Below the pieces are notes generated by a model. It had not been told where the DNA came from. It saw nothing but the letters and a program-made list of their open reading frames with translations, and made no database searches. From a virus, in IMG/VR virus record IMGVR_UViG_3300031949_000022, positions 1 to 64,000 of that record: a stretch of DNA of 64,000 bases; one strand, 5' to 3'. The position numbers and the translations under genes were made by a program. Below are positions 49,940 through 58,363 of the stretch, piece by piece; the first letter of the stretch is position 1; each line of letters starts with the position of its first letter.

Positions 49940-50887
49940 GTGACGCAAGCAAACACCATCGAACCCCAGGACCCGCAGGGCCCGATCGTCGTCTACCAAT
50001 TCACCGTCGAGGAGCTGCGACATCAGCTCGCACGATACGCCGACGCCGAGTTTGCGACGCCGGCGCAGTACCGCGACGGAACCAAGGCACTCGCGGTCTG
50101 CCGCACGCTACGCGGTGACATCGAGTCAAAGCGTAAGGAGCTGAAAGCTGGAGCCTTGGAGTATGGACGCCGTGTGGACGGCGTGGCGAAGCAGCTGACG
50201 GCCGCCGTCGAGGAGGTCGAGTCCCCGCTGAAGGCCCGCAAGGCAACGGTCGACGAAGAGAAGGATCGTGTCCGTCGCGAGAAAGAGGAGGCGGAACGGG
50301 CCGCGCGTGAGGAGGAGCTACGTGCGCAGCGAGAGGCAGAAGAGGCCAAACTCCGTGCTGAACGCGAAGCGGAGGAGGCGCGTCTGGCCGAGGAGCGCGC
50401 GGCCCTGGAGGCCGAGCGACGAAAGCTGGCGGAGGAGCAGGCTCGGCAGAGAGCAGAGCGCGCAGCCGAGGAGGCCAGGTTTGCCGCGGAGCGTGATGCG
50501 GAGGAACAGGCGTTGGCGCACGAACGCCGCAAGCTCGAGGCTGAACGCCGAGCCATCGAAGAGCAGCGGCGACAGGCCGAGCTCGACGAACTCGAGCGTC
50601 GGGCCATTGCTCGCGCCGAGCAGGAAGGCCGGGAACGTGCTTCCCGCGAAGCCATCGAGGCCGAGGAAACTCGCGTGCGTGAAGCGGAGCGCCAGGCCGC
50701 GCTCGCCCTCCGACTCGATGCGCTGAGGCCCGACAAGGAACGGGCGCTGGACTATCTGGACCGGCTGCTGTCAGTCGACGCCCCGTCCGTGAGCGATCAG
50801 GAGCTTTCCGCGGAACTCGACGTCGTCCGGATCACTCTGACCGAGAGCCGCGAGTCGATTGCTGGTATCGGTGACCCCCATGGATGA
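49940..50887 (+). CDS. highly charged coiled-coil protein (DUF1351-like?)
   Basis: Start moved to GTG 49940 (AAGGAGG 6 nt upstream); ~170-aa Glu/Arg/Ala-rich block. Confidence 0.5.
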   Translation: MTQANTIEPQDPQGPIVVYQFTVEELRHQLARYADAEFATPAQYRDGTKALAVCRTLRGDIESKRKELKAGALEYGRRVDGVAKQLTAAVEEVESPLKARKATVDEEKDRVRREKEEAERAAREEELRAQREAEEAKLRAEREAEEARLAEERAALEAERRKLAEEQARQRAERAAEEARFAAERDAEEQALAHERRKLEAERRAIEEQRRQAELDELERRAIARAEQEGRERASREAIEAEETRVREAERQAALALRLDALRPDKERALDYLDRLLSVDAPSVSDQELSAELDVVRITLTESRESIAGIGDPHG

Positions 50888-51029
50888 CGCAACGATGCTT
50901 GACACCGACAACCCGGCCCAATACTTCGCAGCCGTGAAACGCAGCGTCGTGGCGATGATTGCTGAGCTGACGGAGCTGAAGCACAACGCGCCGAACCTAC
51001 TCCGCGCCTGTGGAATCGAGGAGAGATGA
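50880..51029 (+). CDS. hypothetical 49-aa protein
   Basis: Own ORF call; stop forms ATGA with the MazG-like start. Confidence 0.35.
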   Translation: MDDATMLDTDNPAQYFAAVKRSVVAMIAELTELKHNAPNLLRACGIEER

Positions 51030-51406
51030 AGCCACAATACGAACCGGTGTCCATGGAAAGTAAACTCGGGTACCTCATTGAGGAAGCCGGCGAGGTTCTG
51101 GCGGCAGCCGGCAAAACCATCCGGTGGGGGCTAGACAGCACGAATCCGGAGCTTCCTCCGGAAGAACAGGAGACGAATCGGGACTGGCTATTGCGAGAAC
51201 TAGTCGATCTAGATGGCGCGATCAGAAGGGTTCGCGAAGCCGTGGGAGAAGGGCCGAGCGTGACACTGCCCCGCCACGAGGCCCAGCTACTGGCTACCTT
51301 CGCGTACTGGACGATGGCAGAAGTGGAGCGAGACGTCATCGCGCCACTGCTGGAAAAGCTAGGGTTTCCGATCCCTGAAGGACGTACTTGGCCGGAGGGA
51401 CGATGA
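51026..51406 (+). CDS. MazG-like nucleotide pyrophosphohydrolase
   Basis: KLGYLIEEAGEVLAAAGK motif (EE.GE). Confidence 0.65.
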   Translation: MKPQYEPVSMESKLGYLIEEAGEVLAAAGKTIRWGLDSTNPELPPEEQETNRDWLLRELVDLDGAIRRVREAVGEGPSVTLPRHEAQLLATFAYWTMAEVERDVIAPLLEKLGFPIPEGRTWPEGR

Positions 51407-52050
51407 AACCGAGCGAACGATGCATCGAGCCCAACGTGTTCGTACGCGGAGAACTGATCAGATCTGCAACGATCAATGTCACAGCGCTCGGTGGCGTGCT
51501 GGATGAATTCGGCGCGCGTGTCGCTGCACTGGAGTCCAAGGACCAACCCATCGCGGAAAGCCACGGCTTGGACCCCGAGCGTGTTCTCTGGCTGATATCA
51601 CTGGCCAACGACGTCATTCCGAAGGAATACACGATGCTTCGCGAAGACATCGAGTGCATGCTCCGGACTCTGCGGCAAGCGGACTGGCGCCGAAAGCTCG
51701 AAGAATCAGCGGCGGCGGTCAAGGGTGGACCTTCGTGGCAGCGTGCCGGAATCGACCTGAATCCTGAAAAATACGAGACGTACCCGCCAGAGCCATGCCC
51801 ACACTGCCACGGGATGAAAACCGAGCCTTATAGCGATCCATCTGCCCCAGGAGACGAGAAGCCGTGTCGCGAGTGTGTGAAGCGACGTGAGTTCTGGGTG
51901 ATTGTGTCCAACTCCGAGCACGGGATCAGCGAGGCCTACTACAGCCAGCGCCCAGAGTGGCCCGGCATGGCTGCGATGGGCTGGACCGAGCACCATCTGG
52001 TCGAGCTCCGGGACGGCGAGCAGATCGTCAACCCAGGAGGAAAGCCGTGA
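51403..52050 (+). CDS. hypothetical protein (215 aa) with CPHC...CRECV pairs
   Basis: ATGA overlap at 51403. Confidence 0.5.
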   Translation: MKPSERCIEPNVFVRGELIRSATINVTALGGVLDEFGARVAALESKDQPIAESHGLDPERVLWLISLANDVIPKEYTMLREDIECMLRTLRQADWRRKLEESAAAVKGGPSWQRAGIDLNPEKYETYPPEPCPHCHGMKTEPYSDPSAPGDEKPCRECVKRREFWVIVSNSEHGISEAYYSQRPEWPGMAAMGWTEHHLVELRDGEQIVNPGGKP

Positions 52051-52178
52051 GAATCCGCCCGCTTTTCGCTTGGTACGACTGCTGGGTCGGGATGTACTGG
52101 GACCGCCGACTCCGCAGGCTCTATGTCCTGCCGCTGCCGTGCATCGGTTTTGTGGTCCAGTTCGAGGTGAAGCCGTGA
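52047..52178 (+). CDS. conserved 43-aa phage mini-protein
   Basis: AGGAGG 6 nt upstream of GTG 52047; VRIRPLFAWYDCWVGMYWDRRLRRLYVLPLPCIGFVVQFE is a motif I recognise from many phages. Confidence 0.5.
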   Translation: MRIRPLFAWYDCWVGMYWDRRLRRLYVLPLPCIGFVVQFEVKP

Positions 52179-52642
52179 GCCGAGCAGCACCGTCATACTG
52201 CGTCGACTGCGGTGCCGGATGTTGCACGCACATAGCGCGCGCCCTGGACGCCAAGGACGCTCGCATCGCGGAGCTCACCCGGGAGCGGGACGAAGCACGG
52301 ATGATGGCCATCGAGGAATGTGCAGCACGATTCGGCTCTGTCCGAGCTGCGCTCACCCGGGAGCGAGACCGGGCTCTGGCGGAGCGAGATGCGGCCGTCA
52401 CCCGCGAAGAACTCGGGGTCACGGCGAAGGAGCTGCTCTTGGAGCGGGACGAGGCGCGGCGGGAGCGCGACGAGGCGAGACGACAGCTCGTGTCGGCACT
52501 CATGGCAGGAGACTGGCCCGGGACGCTGGGTACAGAGCGTGCCGAGGCTGATCGCCGATGGCCCGGAAGCGGGGAGGCGTTGTTCCCTTGCGCGCAGGTT
52601 GACACAGCAGGAGACTCCGCCGATGCCCCGCCGCCCAGGTGA
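52175..52642 (+). CDS. coiled-coil protein with N-terminal Cys cluster (155 aa)
   Basis: GTGA overlap; YCVDCGAGCC then ERDEAR repeats. Confidence 0.5.
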   Translation: MSRAAPSYCVDCGAGCCTHIARALDAKDARIAELTRERDEARMMAIEECAARFGSVRAALTRERDRALAERDAAVTREELGVTAKELLLERDEARRERDEARRQLVSALMAGDWPGTLGTERAEADRRWPGSGEALFPCAQVDTAGDSADAPPPR

Positions 52643-52790
52643 CTCACGCGGCCGCGGGCATGACCCGACGCTAGGCGTCACTGGCACGGTAGGTGCACCA
52701 AAACCAAGCCCATGCGCCGCACCATCGACCAGCACTGGCTGACTCAGCTCTTGTCCCTCCCGGACGACTCGAGCCCGACTGAGCTCGCGT

Positions 52791-53129
52791 TCAGAGCCCC
52801 TTCGGTCTATCGCGAACGTTGAGCAGATCCCCGCCCAACGCCAACATGCGAGCGATTGCCTCACGTTCCGCGCGGTTGGCAGCGTCTACCCCCCAAGCGT
52901 AGCCCAGGACCACGATGGCCGGGCCAGGCGCTGGAACGGTACGGATCCACTCTCGGACCCGCGCCCCTGACCCAATCCCACGATGGCACCTGACCCTCGC
53001 CTGTAGCGGTGAGCAGGTCCGACCAACGTACCGGATCGCGAACGGAAACAGGTCGGCTAGCCCATATATGCAGAATTGCCTACTCTTCAAGTCCCGTGAC
53101 ATTCTCCGAAGAGACATAGCAACCACCAT
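52791..53129 (-). CDS. GIY-YIG nuclease-domain protein
   Basis: FCIYGL....IRYVGRT......R..H......VREWI...AEREAIARM....LLN; opposite strand to surrounding operon; start 53129 or 53117. Confidence 0.55.
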   Translation of the reverse strand: MVVAMSLRRMSRDLKSRQFCIYGLADLFPFAIRYVGRTCSPLQARVRCHRGIGSGARVREWIRTVPAPGPAIVVLGYAWGVDAANRAEREAIARMLALGGDLLNVRDRPKGL

Positions 53130-53184
53130 GCCACTCGTGACACATGGCCCGGGACCTGCTAGCCTACCTGCAGGAGCCCCCAGC

Positions 53185-53418
53185 ATGCCCGGAGAAGCCA
53201 CAGGCCCGATCGCCCGGATCCTCGGATGGCAGGAGCCACTCACCCCACGCCAGCGCAGGATCCAGCGATTTGTTCGCTCGGAGGTCACGGAGTCCTTATC
53301 CGACGAGCACACTCTACAGGCCGTCGCCGAGAGCTTCGGCACGACTTACCGCTCGGTTCGGCGATGGCTAGACCGATGGCCCGACCTTCAGAGCACTGAA
53401 CGCCGACGGGCCGGGTAA
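53185..53418 (+). CDS. small HTH protein candidate
   Basis: LTPRQRRIQRFV...HTLQAVAESFGTTYRSVRRWLDRW; start uncertain (53128 or 53185). Confidence 0.4.
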   Translation: MPGEATGPIARILGWQEPLTPRQRRIQRFVRSEVTESLSDEHTLQAVAESFGTTYRSVRRWLDRWPDLQSTERRRAG

Positions 53419-53433
53419 GGGACCGTGACTTGG

Positions 53434-53600
53434 ATGTCATGGCAAAACGCAGCAGAAAACCGTCAGCCACTCGGCCGCCATGACAGACATGACATAGTCG
53501 ATCTCTCGCTAAAGCTCGAATTTGCCAGTTCAGTATGTCACGCTTGTCATGTGGGCCACTTGTCTACCTTCGGGAAACCGGCAGATCCGAGCATGTCATG
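53434..53600. repeat. cluster of TGTCATG / CATGACA motifs in a G+C-poor non-coding patch
   Basis: TGTCATG at 53435, 53545, 53594; TGTCACG at 53536; CATGACA at 53479 and 53488; TGTCATGGC (53435) and GCCATGACA (53477) form a 9-bp inverted repeat. Confidence 0.6.
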
Positions 53601-54029
53601 CTTGGCACAGTCCTCGCATATACCCTAGACGTTCCCGGCAACGGGGGCCGGGCCCGAGGGCACAGCGGGCAGAGGACGACCGGGCTAGACAGGTCGAGTC
53701 GAGGCAGGCCGGACAGGACGCAGGCAGCTACCGAGGCCCGGGGAATCAGGGCCGCCCAGGGCTCGCCGCCGAAAGGTCGCGGGCCTGGGGCGTCAGCGGG
53801 GCGCCAAGGCCACTGGCCGCCGCACCCTCGAGGTGTGGGAGCATCGCGGCGCCAACACCCGCCGACCTCGCCTCGCGGACCGGCTGGGCATCTACCACGA
53901 GCACACGGCGGACTACGTCCTCGCGCCGCGGGCCTAACCTGGCACGCCGATTGCAACACTGAAAACTCAGAAGCCCACCCGGGGAGGACCCGGGCGGCAA
54001 CCCGGCGAGGAGCCGGCAGGAGACACACC

Positions 54030-54212
54030 ATGGCACACATCACGATCACCGTCACCGCCGACCCGAACTCCGACGACTGCCTCCAGGCCGCAGTTGACTC
54101 GTACGTCGCTGAGCATCCCGAGGCCGCCGGGTGGGACCTCAGCCCCCGGTGGGCAGACGACGACGACCGAGAGACCGTCGAGCTGACCGTCCCTGTGGCA
54201 GCTCAGCGCTGA
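54030..54212 (+). CDS. hypothetical 60-aa acidic protein
   Basis: AGGAG upstream of ATG 54030; only the last 60 codons of the 225-aa track ORF look coding. Confidence 0.45.
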   Translation: MAHITITVTADPNSDDCLQAAVDSYVAEHPEAAGWDLSPRWADDDDRETVELTVPVAAQR

Positions 54213-54307
54213 TCCGACCCTGAGCCTGGGGCCTCGCGGGGCCCCTCACTCAGCGCCGCATCGGCCCTGACGGGACGCGAGGAGCGAACCGAACTCGAGG
54301 AGAGACG

Positions 54308-54535
54308 ATGCCACAACAATCATGTCCATGGTGCTCGCACTGCGGGCCCAGATACGACGAGGGGACGCCGAGGGTCGAGATCCCCGGAGCTCACTCCGAC
54401 GGCACTACATGCGTGTGCCGCCATATTACCTGTCAGTCGCGCCAGGAAGCGCGCGCTGTCGGCGGGAGGTACTTCGACGCGGCGCGCTGTCGGTGGGTCT
54501 GCCTCGGAGGATGCGAGGCGTTATTGATTGTCTGA
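54308..54535 (+). CDS. hypothetical Cys-rich protein (75 aa)
   Basis: CPWCSHC...CVC..C...C..C..C; AACTCGAGGAGAGAC leader. Confidence 0.45.
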   Translation: MPQQSCPWCSHCGPRYDEGTPRVEIPGAHSDGTTCVCRHITCQSRQEARAVGGRYFDAARCRWVCLGGCEALLIV

Positions 54536-54546
54536 CGCCCGCCGGC

Positions 54547-54566
54547 CAGCCCCTCACGGGGGGCTG
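54547..54566 (+). terminator. GC hairpin CAGCCCC-loop-GGGGCTG
   Basis: 7-bp stem 11 nt after the stop of 54308..54535; no U tract. Confidence 0.35.
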
Positions 54567-54622
54567 AGCGCTGGGATTCAGCCGACCCGGGAGGACCGGG
54601 CCGCAACTCGAGGAGAGACATC

Positions 54623-54838
54623 ATGAAATTCACAGCCGCATCCCAGGTCCAGCGCTATCTCACCGAGCACCCCGAAGCCTGCGCAGAGTACGCGCAGCGC
54701 GACACCACCGGAGAGTGGTTCGACCACCACGCCGTGTGGCTCGACGAGTCCGGTGAGCTCGTCCAGAATCACCCGACAGACAGCCACCGCGGTCCGATTG
54801 CCGCGCCGGCTGAGGCCAATTATCGGGTGGACCGCTGA
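54623..54838 (+). CDS. hypothetical protein (71 aa)
   Basis: Same AACTCGAGGAGAGAC leader as ORF 54308. Confidence 0.45.
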   Translation: MKFTAASQVQRYLTEHPEACAEYAQRDTTGEWFDHHAVWLDESGELVQNHPTDSHRGPIAAPAEANYRVDR

Positions 54839-54849
54839 ATAGGAGATCG

Positions 54850-55011
54850 ATGATGCGCCACGAAATCACACACCAACCCGACCCCGACGACGGCCACCTG
54901 ATCCAGATCGTCACCCCGGAACGGCTCCGGGAAGTCCTGGATGCCGACGGCGAGACCTACGATCGGCCGGCGGACTTCGGGCCTGAGGATCAATGGGAGG
55001 TCGAGCCATGA
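54850..55011 (+). CDS. hypothetical 53-aa acidic protein
   Basis: Own call; AGGAG upstream; ATGA overlap with next ORF. Confidence 0.4.
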   Translation: MMRHEITHQPDPDDGHLIQIVTPERLREVLDADGETYDRPADFGPEDQWEVEP

Positions 55012-55235
55012 AGTGCCAAGAGTGCGCTCCCGATGAGTGGCCCGGCGAGGCCGTGGACCATCGATGCGCAGCGACCGATGAGGACGGTACATATGGCACC
55101 ATCGCTCTGAGCCATCCTCGCCACGACGGACTTTTGCATGACCGATATTGGTCCTACTCGTGGCCCGACTGTGATGTGTGCGGAGAATCCTACTGCACGC
55201 ACTGTGGACTCCACGCTTGGGATCAGTGCAACTGA
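55008..55235 (+). CDS. hypothetical Cys-rich protein (75 aa)
   Basis: MKCQEC...C...CDVCGESYCTHCG. Confidence 0.45.
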   Translation: MKCQECAPDEWPGEAVDHRCAATDEDGTYGTIALSHPRHDGLLHDRYWSYSWPDCDVCGESYCTHCGLHAWDQCN

Positions 55236-55253
55236 CGACACCGTTCCGTCCCG

Positions 55254-55281
55254 CCCCCGCGCTCGCGAATGAGCGCGGGGG
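55254..55281 (+). terminator. strong GC hairpin CCCCCGCGCTC-GCGAAT-GAGCGCGGGGG
   Basis: 11-bp perfect stem 19 nt after stop; no U tract. Confidence 0.45.
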
Positions 55282-55305
55282 CTCGGGGAGTTGAAGGAGA
55301 CCACC

Positions 55306-55500
55306 ATGGGACAGTATTTCGTAGTCGCGAACAGTCAGTCGAGCACCGAGGTCCTGGAGGCGCTGGCGGACACGGTGGAGGCCACTGTGTGGCTCGGGAG
55401 GGTCCCTCGGACCCTGTCCCTCTCCGAGGTCCTGGCCGGGGCAGAGCGGGCGGAACAACGCATGGCGGCCTGGCCCGAGTGGAAGCGGCGGGTCGCGTGA
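55306..55500 (+). CDS. hypothetical protein (64 aa)
   Basis: GAAGGAG upstream of ATG 55306. Confidence 0.45.
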   Translation: MGQYFVVANSQSSTEVLEALADTVEATVWLGRVPRTLSLSEVLAGAERAEQRMAAWPEWKRRVA

Positions 55501-55781
55501 CAAATCCAGTGCATTGCTGGCACTCCGTCCGCTACGACAGCCACGATAGCCTGACCACCGCGCCTCTCGACCCCACCATTTACCGGTGCCCGGTGTGCGA
55601 ATTTCTGATGGACCTTCGAACTTCCGCCGAATCGACGCTCATCGTCCCTCCCGAGCCTGCTCCACTGGCTGAAACCAAGGCCGCTCGCCAGCGCAGAATC
55701 AACCTGGAGCGTCTCAGAGAGACCGCGGCGGAGCGAAGGCGGGAGCAGAGGGCACTGGCGCGGTCCGGGAGAGTCGCATGA
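55497..55781 (+). CDS. hypothetical protein (94 aa) with CPVC motif
   Basis: GTGA overlap. Confidence 0.45.
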   Translation: MTNPVHCWHSVRYDSHDSLTTAPLDPTIYRCPVCEFLMDLRTSAESTLIVPPEPAPLAETKAARQRRINLERLRETAAERRREQRALARSGRVA

Positions 55782-55972
55782 CCGACTGGATGGACCCGCT
55801 CGCTGTCATGCTCATCCGGCCGCCCACCGACCGCCTGAGGGTTCCGACCGACGACATCGTTCTCCACTACCGGGAGCTGCTGCTGACCGAGCACGTGGAT
55901 ATCGACGGCGCTGCGGAGCGCAGGTGGTGGACGTGGGAGATCACAAACGCAGAAACGCCCCGCCACCCGTGA
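55778..55972 (+). CDS. hypothetical protein (64 aa), last gene of rightward operon
   Basis: ATGA overlap. Confidence 0.45.
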   Translation: MTDWMDPLAVMLIRPPTDRLRVPTDDIVLHYRELLLTEHVDIDGAAERRWWTWEITNAETPRHP

Positions 55973-55984
55973 GGGCAGCGGGGC
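55957..55984. terminator. hairpin GCCCCGC-N14-GCGGGGC between convergent operons
   Basis: 7-bp stem spanning the stop codon of 55778..55972; convergent gene ends at 56009. Confidence 0.3.
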
Positions 55985-56008
55985 ATCGTGGTACCGGCGG
56001 GCTGGTGA

Positions 56009-56392
56009 TCAGTCGGGCTTGACGCGGGACAGTGCCGCAATGGCCGTCCCGAGGTTTCCGATGCGCTCGGACCTGCGCTGGACCGCTGAAGCGTCCAGAT
56101 CGCCGAAGTTCATCGCTTGCTCGCGGGAGTTGACTTCTCGTCGAAGGTCGGTCGCCAGCAGAAACATGGCGCGCTGGACCGAATCGGACTTGACCTCTGC
56201 TTCCGGGCAGTCCGGCAGCAGATCTCTGTCGTAGGCCAGTTGAGCCACGAACTGGATCAGGCCAGCTACGGCATCCTCCTGCGTTGTCCCCGTAGATCCC
56301 TCGTCTGGCCTGGACAACAGCGACGCGATGAACCCCTGGCTACCGTCGTCGAACGTGTAGGGCTTGACCGTGTATGAAAATTGATTGGACAT
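56009..56392 (-). CDS. HicB-like (UPF0150 fold) protein, no HicA partner seen
   Basis: Start moved to ATG 56392 (GGAGG upstream); YTVKPYTFDDGSQGFIASLLSRPDEGSTGTTQEDAVAGLIQFV resembles the HicB N-domain. Confidence 0.45.
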   Translation of the reverse strand: MSNQFSYTVKPYTFDDGSQGFIASLLSRPDEGSTGTTQEDAVAGLIQFVAQLAYDRDLLPDCPEAEVKSDSVQRAMFLLATDLRREVNSREQAMNFGDLDASAVQRRSERIGNLGTAIAALSRVKPD

Positions 56393-56532
56393 TTTGTTTC
56401 CTCCAGATCGGGAAACCCAGTGGGCCCCGGGTGGATGGTTGAGCGTCGAGTGTAGCACGAGAACCCGTAGTCGTCTGGCCTTTCCGGACGGCGCCGCCGA
56501 ATGTGGCGACTGAACTACTGGCGTTCAGTGGT

Positions 56533-57195
56533 TCAGAAGCCTGAGGTTCTAGGGTCGCTATACGGGTTTCCCGTATCGCCGGGCGCTCGGACCACATCGG
56601 TCTCGCGAGGGATGGGGCGCGCCGCCATAGCGTCGGACACCATGCGCCTGATGTCCTGCTCTTGGACACGCTGCGATGCATCCAGTGCCATCCTGGAGCT
56701 TTTGGTGGCGATTTTCTCAACCATCTCATCGGAGACAGTCTGGATCGTCACCTCGCGGGTCTGGTCGCGGACCTCCTTCCGACTCTGTGATAGCTGACCC
56801 CAAACCGTCAGGATTCCCACAAGCACTGCGGCAATCGGCGCGGCAACAGCCGCAATGATGGTGCGTCGTCCAGACCTTCTGCGGGCCTTCTCGATGGTCT
56901 CGATCCTGGCAGACTGCGCGAGGATGGCCTCTCCCTGCGCCTTCGCCGACCTCTGGATCGATTGGACGCTCTCGTAGATCCTGCGGATCAGGGCCTCGTA
57001 GCCACCGTCCACAGGCGTGAGTTCGCTGGGTGCCATTGGTGGTAGCGACGGCGGCACGAGCGGAGGAAGCGGGTGCACGCGCGAGACTGCCTGCTGGGTG
57101 AGGGCTCCGAGCGGCGGAGTCGGGGCGCGTCTCGGGTGGACCGGGCTCGGCGGAGGCAGTGGCACCCCTGGCAGACCAGGGGCCCACTTGGTCAT
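56533..57195 (-). CDS. membrane protein with Pro-rich N-terminus, central TM and coiled coils (lysis-module accessory, spanin-like?)
   Basis: ATG 57195 in ATGA overlap; TM TIIAAVAAPIAAVLVGILTVWG. Confidence 0.5.
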   Translation of the reverse strand: MTKWAPGLPGVPLPPPSPVHPRRAPTPPLGALTQQAVSRVHPLPPLVPPSLPPMAPSELTPVDGGYEALIRRIYESVQSIQRSAKAQGEAILAQSARIETIEKARRRSGRRTIIAAVAAPIAAVLVGILTVWGQLSQSRKEVRDQTREVTIQTVSDEMVEKIATKSSRMALDASQRVQEQDIRRMVSDAMAARPIPRETDVVRAPGDTGNPYSDPRTSGF

Positions 57196-57563
57196 GGGCC
57201 CGGCTCCCGACCGTCCACAACAGCGAGTGCCGGCCGGCGCCCGTGGGTCGCCACGCACTGCCCTTCGATCCGGTCGAGCCGATCGGTGTACGTCCGGAGC
57301 AGGGTCAAGATCTCAGCCTGCGATTCCCCGATGCGAAGCACTGCCCGGTGCAGCTCCTCTTGCCGGCGTCCCATCCGGCAGACCTCGTCTCGGTATTCCC
57401 GGATCTCTCGCCGCATCTCGGCCACCGACTGGACCAGATCACGGATCGCGTCAGGGCCTGCCGGAATGGTATCGTCAACATGGGCGATGGGAGGAGCCCG
57501 GGGGATCTGCCCGATTGGATCGGGCACGGAACTCTCGTTGGGCGGTGGTCGGTCGGCGTTCAT
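57192..57563 (-). CDS. hypothetical protein (123 aa)
   Basis: ORF, 4-nt overlaps. Confidence 0.5.
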   Translation of the reverse strand: MNADRPPPNESSVPDPIGQIPRAPPIAHVDDTIPAGPDAIRDLVQSVAEMRREIREYRDEVCRMGRRQEELHRAVLRIGESQAEILTLLRTYTDRLDRIEGQCVATHGRRPALAVVDGREPGP

Positions 57564-58363
57564 GCTGCGTCCTTCGGTGGGGGTTCGCTCGGGCTACCAT
57601 CGTCTGCGTCCCCCAGGGTCTGATCGCGCTCCGCTCTCATGTGCTCCCAATCGTCATCATCGAGGCCTATCCATGGGATGGCAGGTGGTCGCACCGTGTC
57701 CGGGACCGGCTCTCCTGGGGCCACAATGAGCGGAAGCTGAGAGCCAGAGCAGAAATCGTGGTCGATGGCTCTCGGGTGCGCATGCTCTCCGCGGTGCAGC
57801 GCCCCGCGTTCCCACGGTCCTACCCGGTACTGGACCAGCGTCGGAGGGATCCCTCCGGGGCTCGCATAGACTCCGGGAGTGGAGCGCCAGTGCGCTACCC
57901 AGAGCGGGAGCTCGAGCATCCACTCGGGCTTGCCCAGCAGCGCCCAGTCCCGCTGCGTAATGTAGATCCCGGCCTGTCCGAACATCTCCTGCAGTGACAG
58001 CACGACGTCGTGTAGCTGCTCACACCACTCGGGGCGCGGAGGTATCGAGCCGTCGCCCTTCGGAGACTCGACGTCTACCCATGGGATCAGATCACCCTCA
58101 ACGATACCGCAGGCGTCGGCCGCGTCCTCGAATGCACCCATCTGCTCAGACGTGCTCTGCCCCGGGACGTAGAAGTGAAAGAGCCCGACAACGCACGCAG
58201 TGCGCTTGCGCAATGCCTCAACGTGCTCCACCGTGCGCTTGTCGCGCTTGACGCCGAACGTGGCTCGCACGATCGCGAAGTCGATCATCTGAGGGACGAG
58301 CCACGTTGGCTGGAACGACGAGATGTCCACGCCGTGCAGTGGGTAGTCGCGGGGAGCAATCAC
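57560..58363 (-). CDS. GH25-family muramidase (endolysin)
   Basis: HGVDISSFQPTW....IDFAIVRATFG.. typical GH25 N-terminal pattern. Confidence 0.75.
   Translation of the reverse strand: MIAPRDYPLHGVDISSFQPTWLVPQMIDFAIVRATFGVKRDKRTVEHVEALRKRTACVVGLFHFYVPGQSTSEQMGAFEDAADACGIVEGDLIPWVDVESPKGDGSIPPRPEWCEQLHDVVLSLQEMFGQAGIYITQRDWALLGKPEWMLELPLWVAHWRSTPGVYASPGGIPPTLVQYRVGPWERGALHRGEHAHPRAIDHDFCSGSQLPLIVAPGEPVPDTVRPPAIPWIGLDDDDWEHMRAERDQTLGDADDGSPSEPPPKDAA

Noticed and set aside
53425-53628. 67-aa ORF covering the TGTCATG motif array
   Set aside because: Third codon positions are not G/C-enriched, unlike every confident gene here. The repeated motif explains the open frame.
53535-54029. N-terminal 165 codons of the 225-aa ORF 53535..54212 and the overlapping 146-aa ORF 53522..53962
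   Set aside because: The translations are Arg/Gly/Pro-rich with no codon-position bias that I can see. Only the last 60 codons (ATG 54030 with AGGAG) look like a gene. A short G/C3-rich frame ending at 53937 (first canonical start GTG 53833) was noted but is too uncertain to call.
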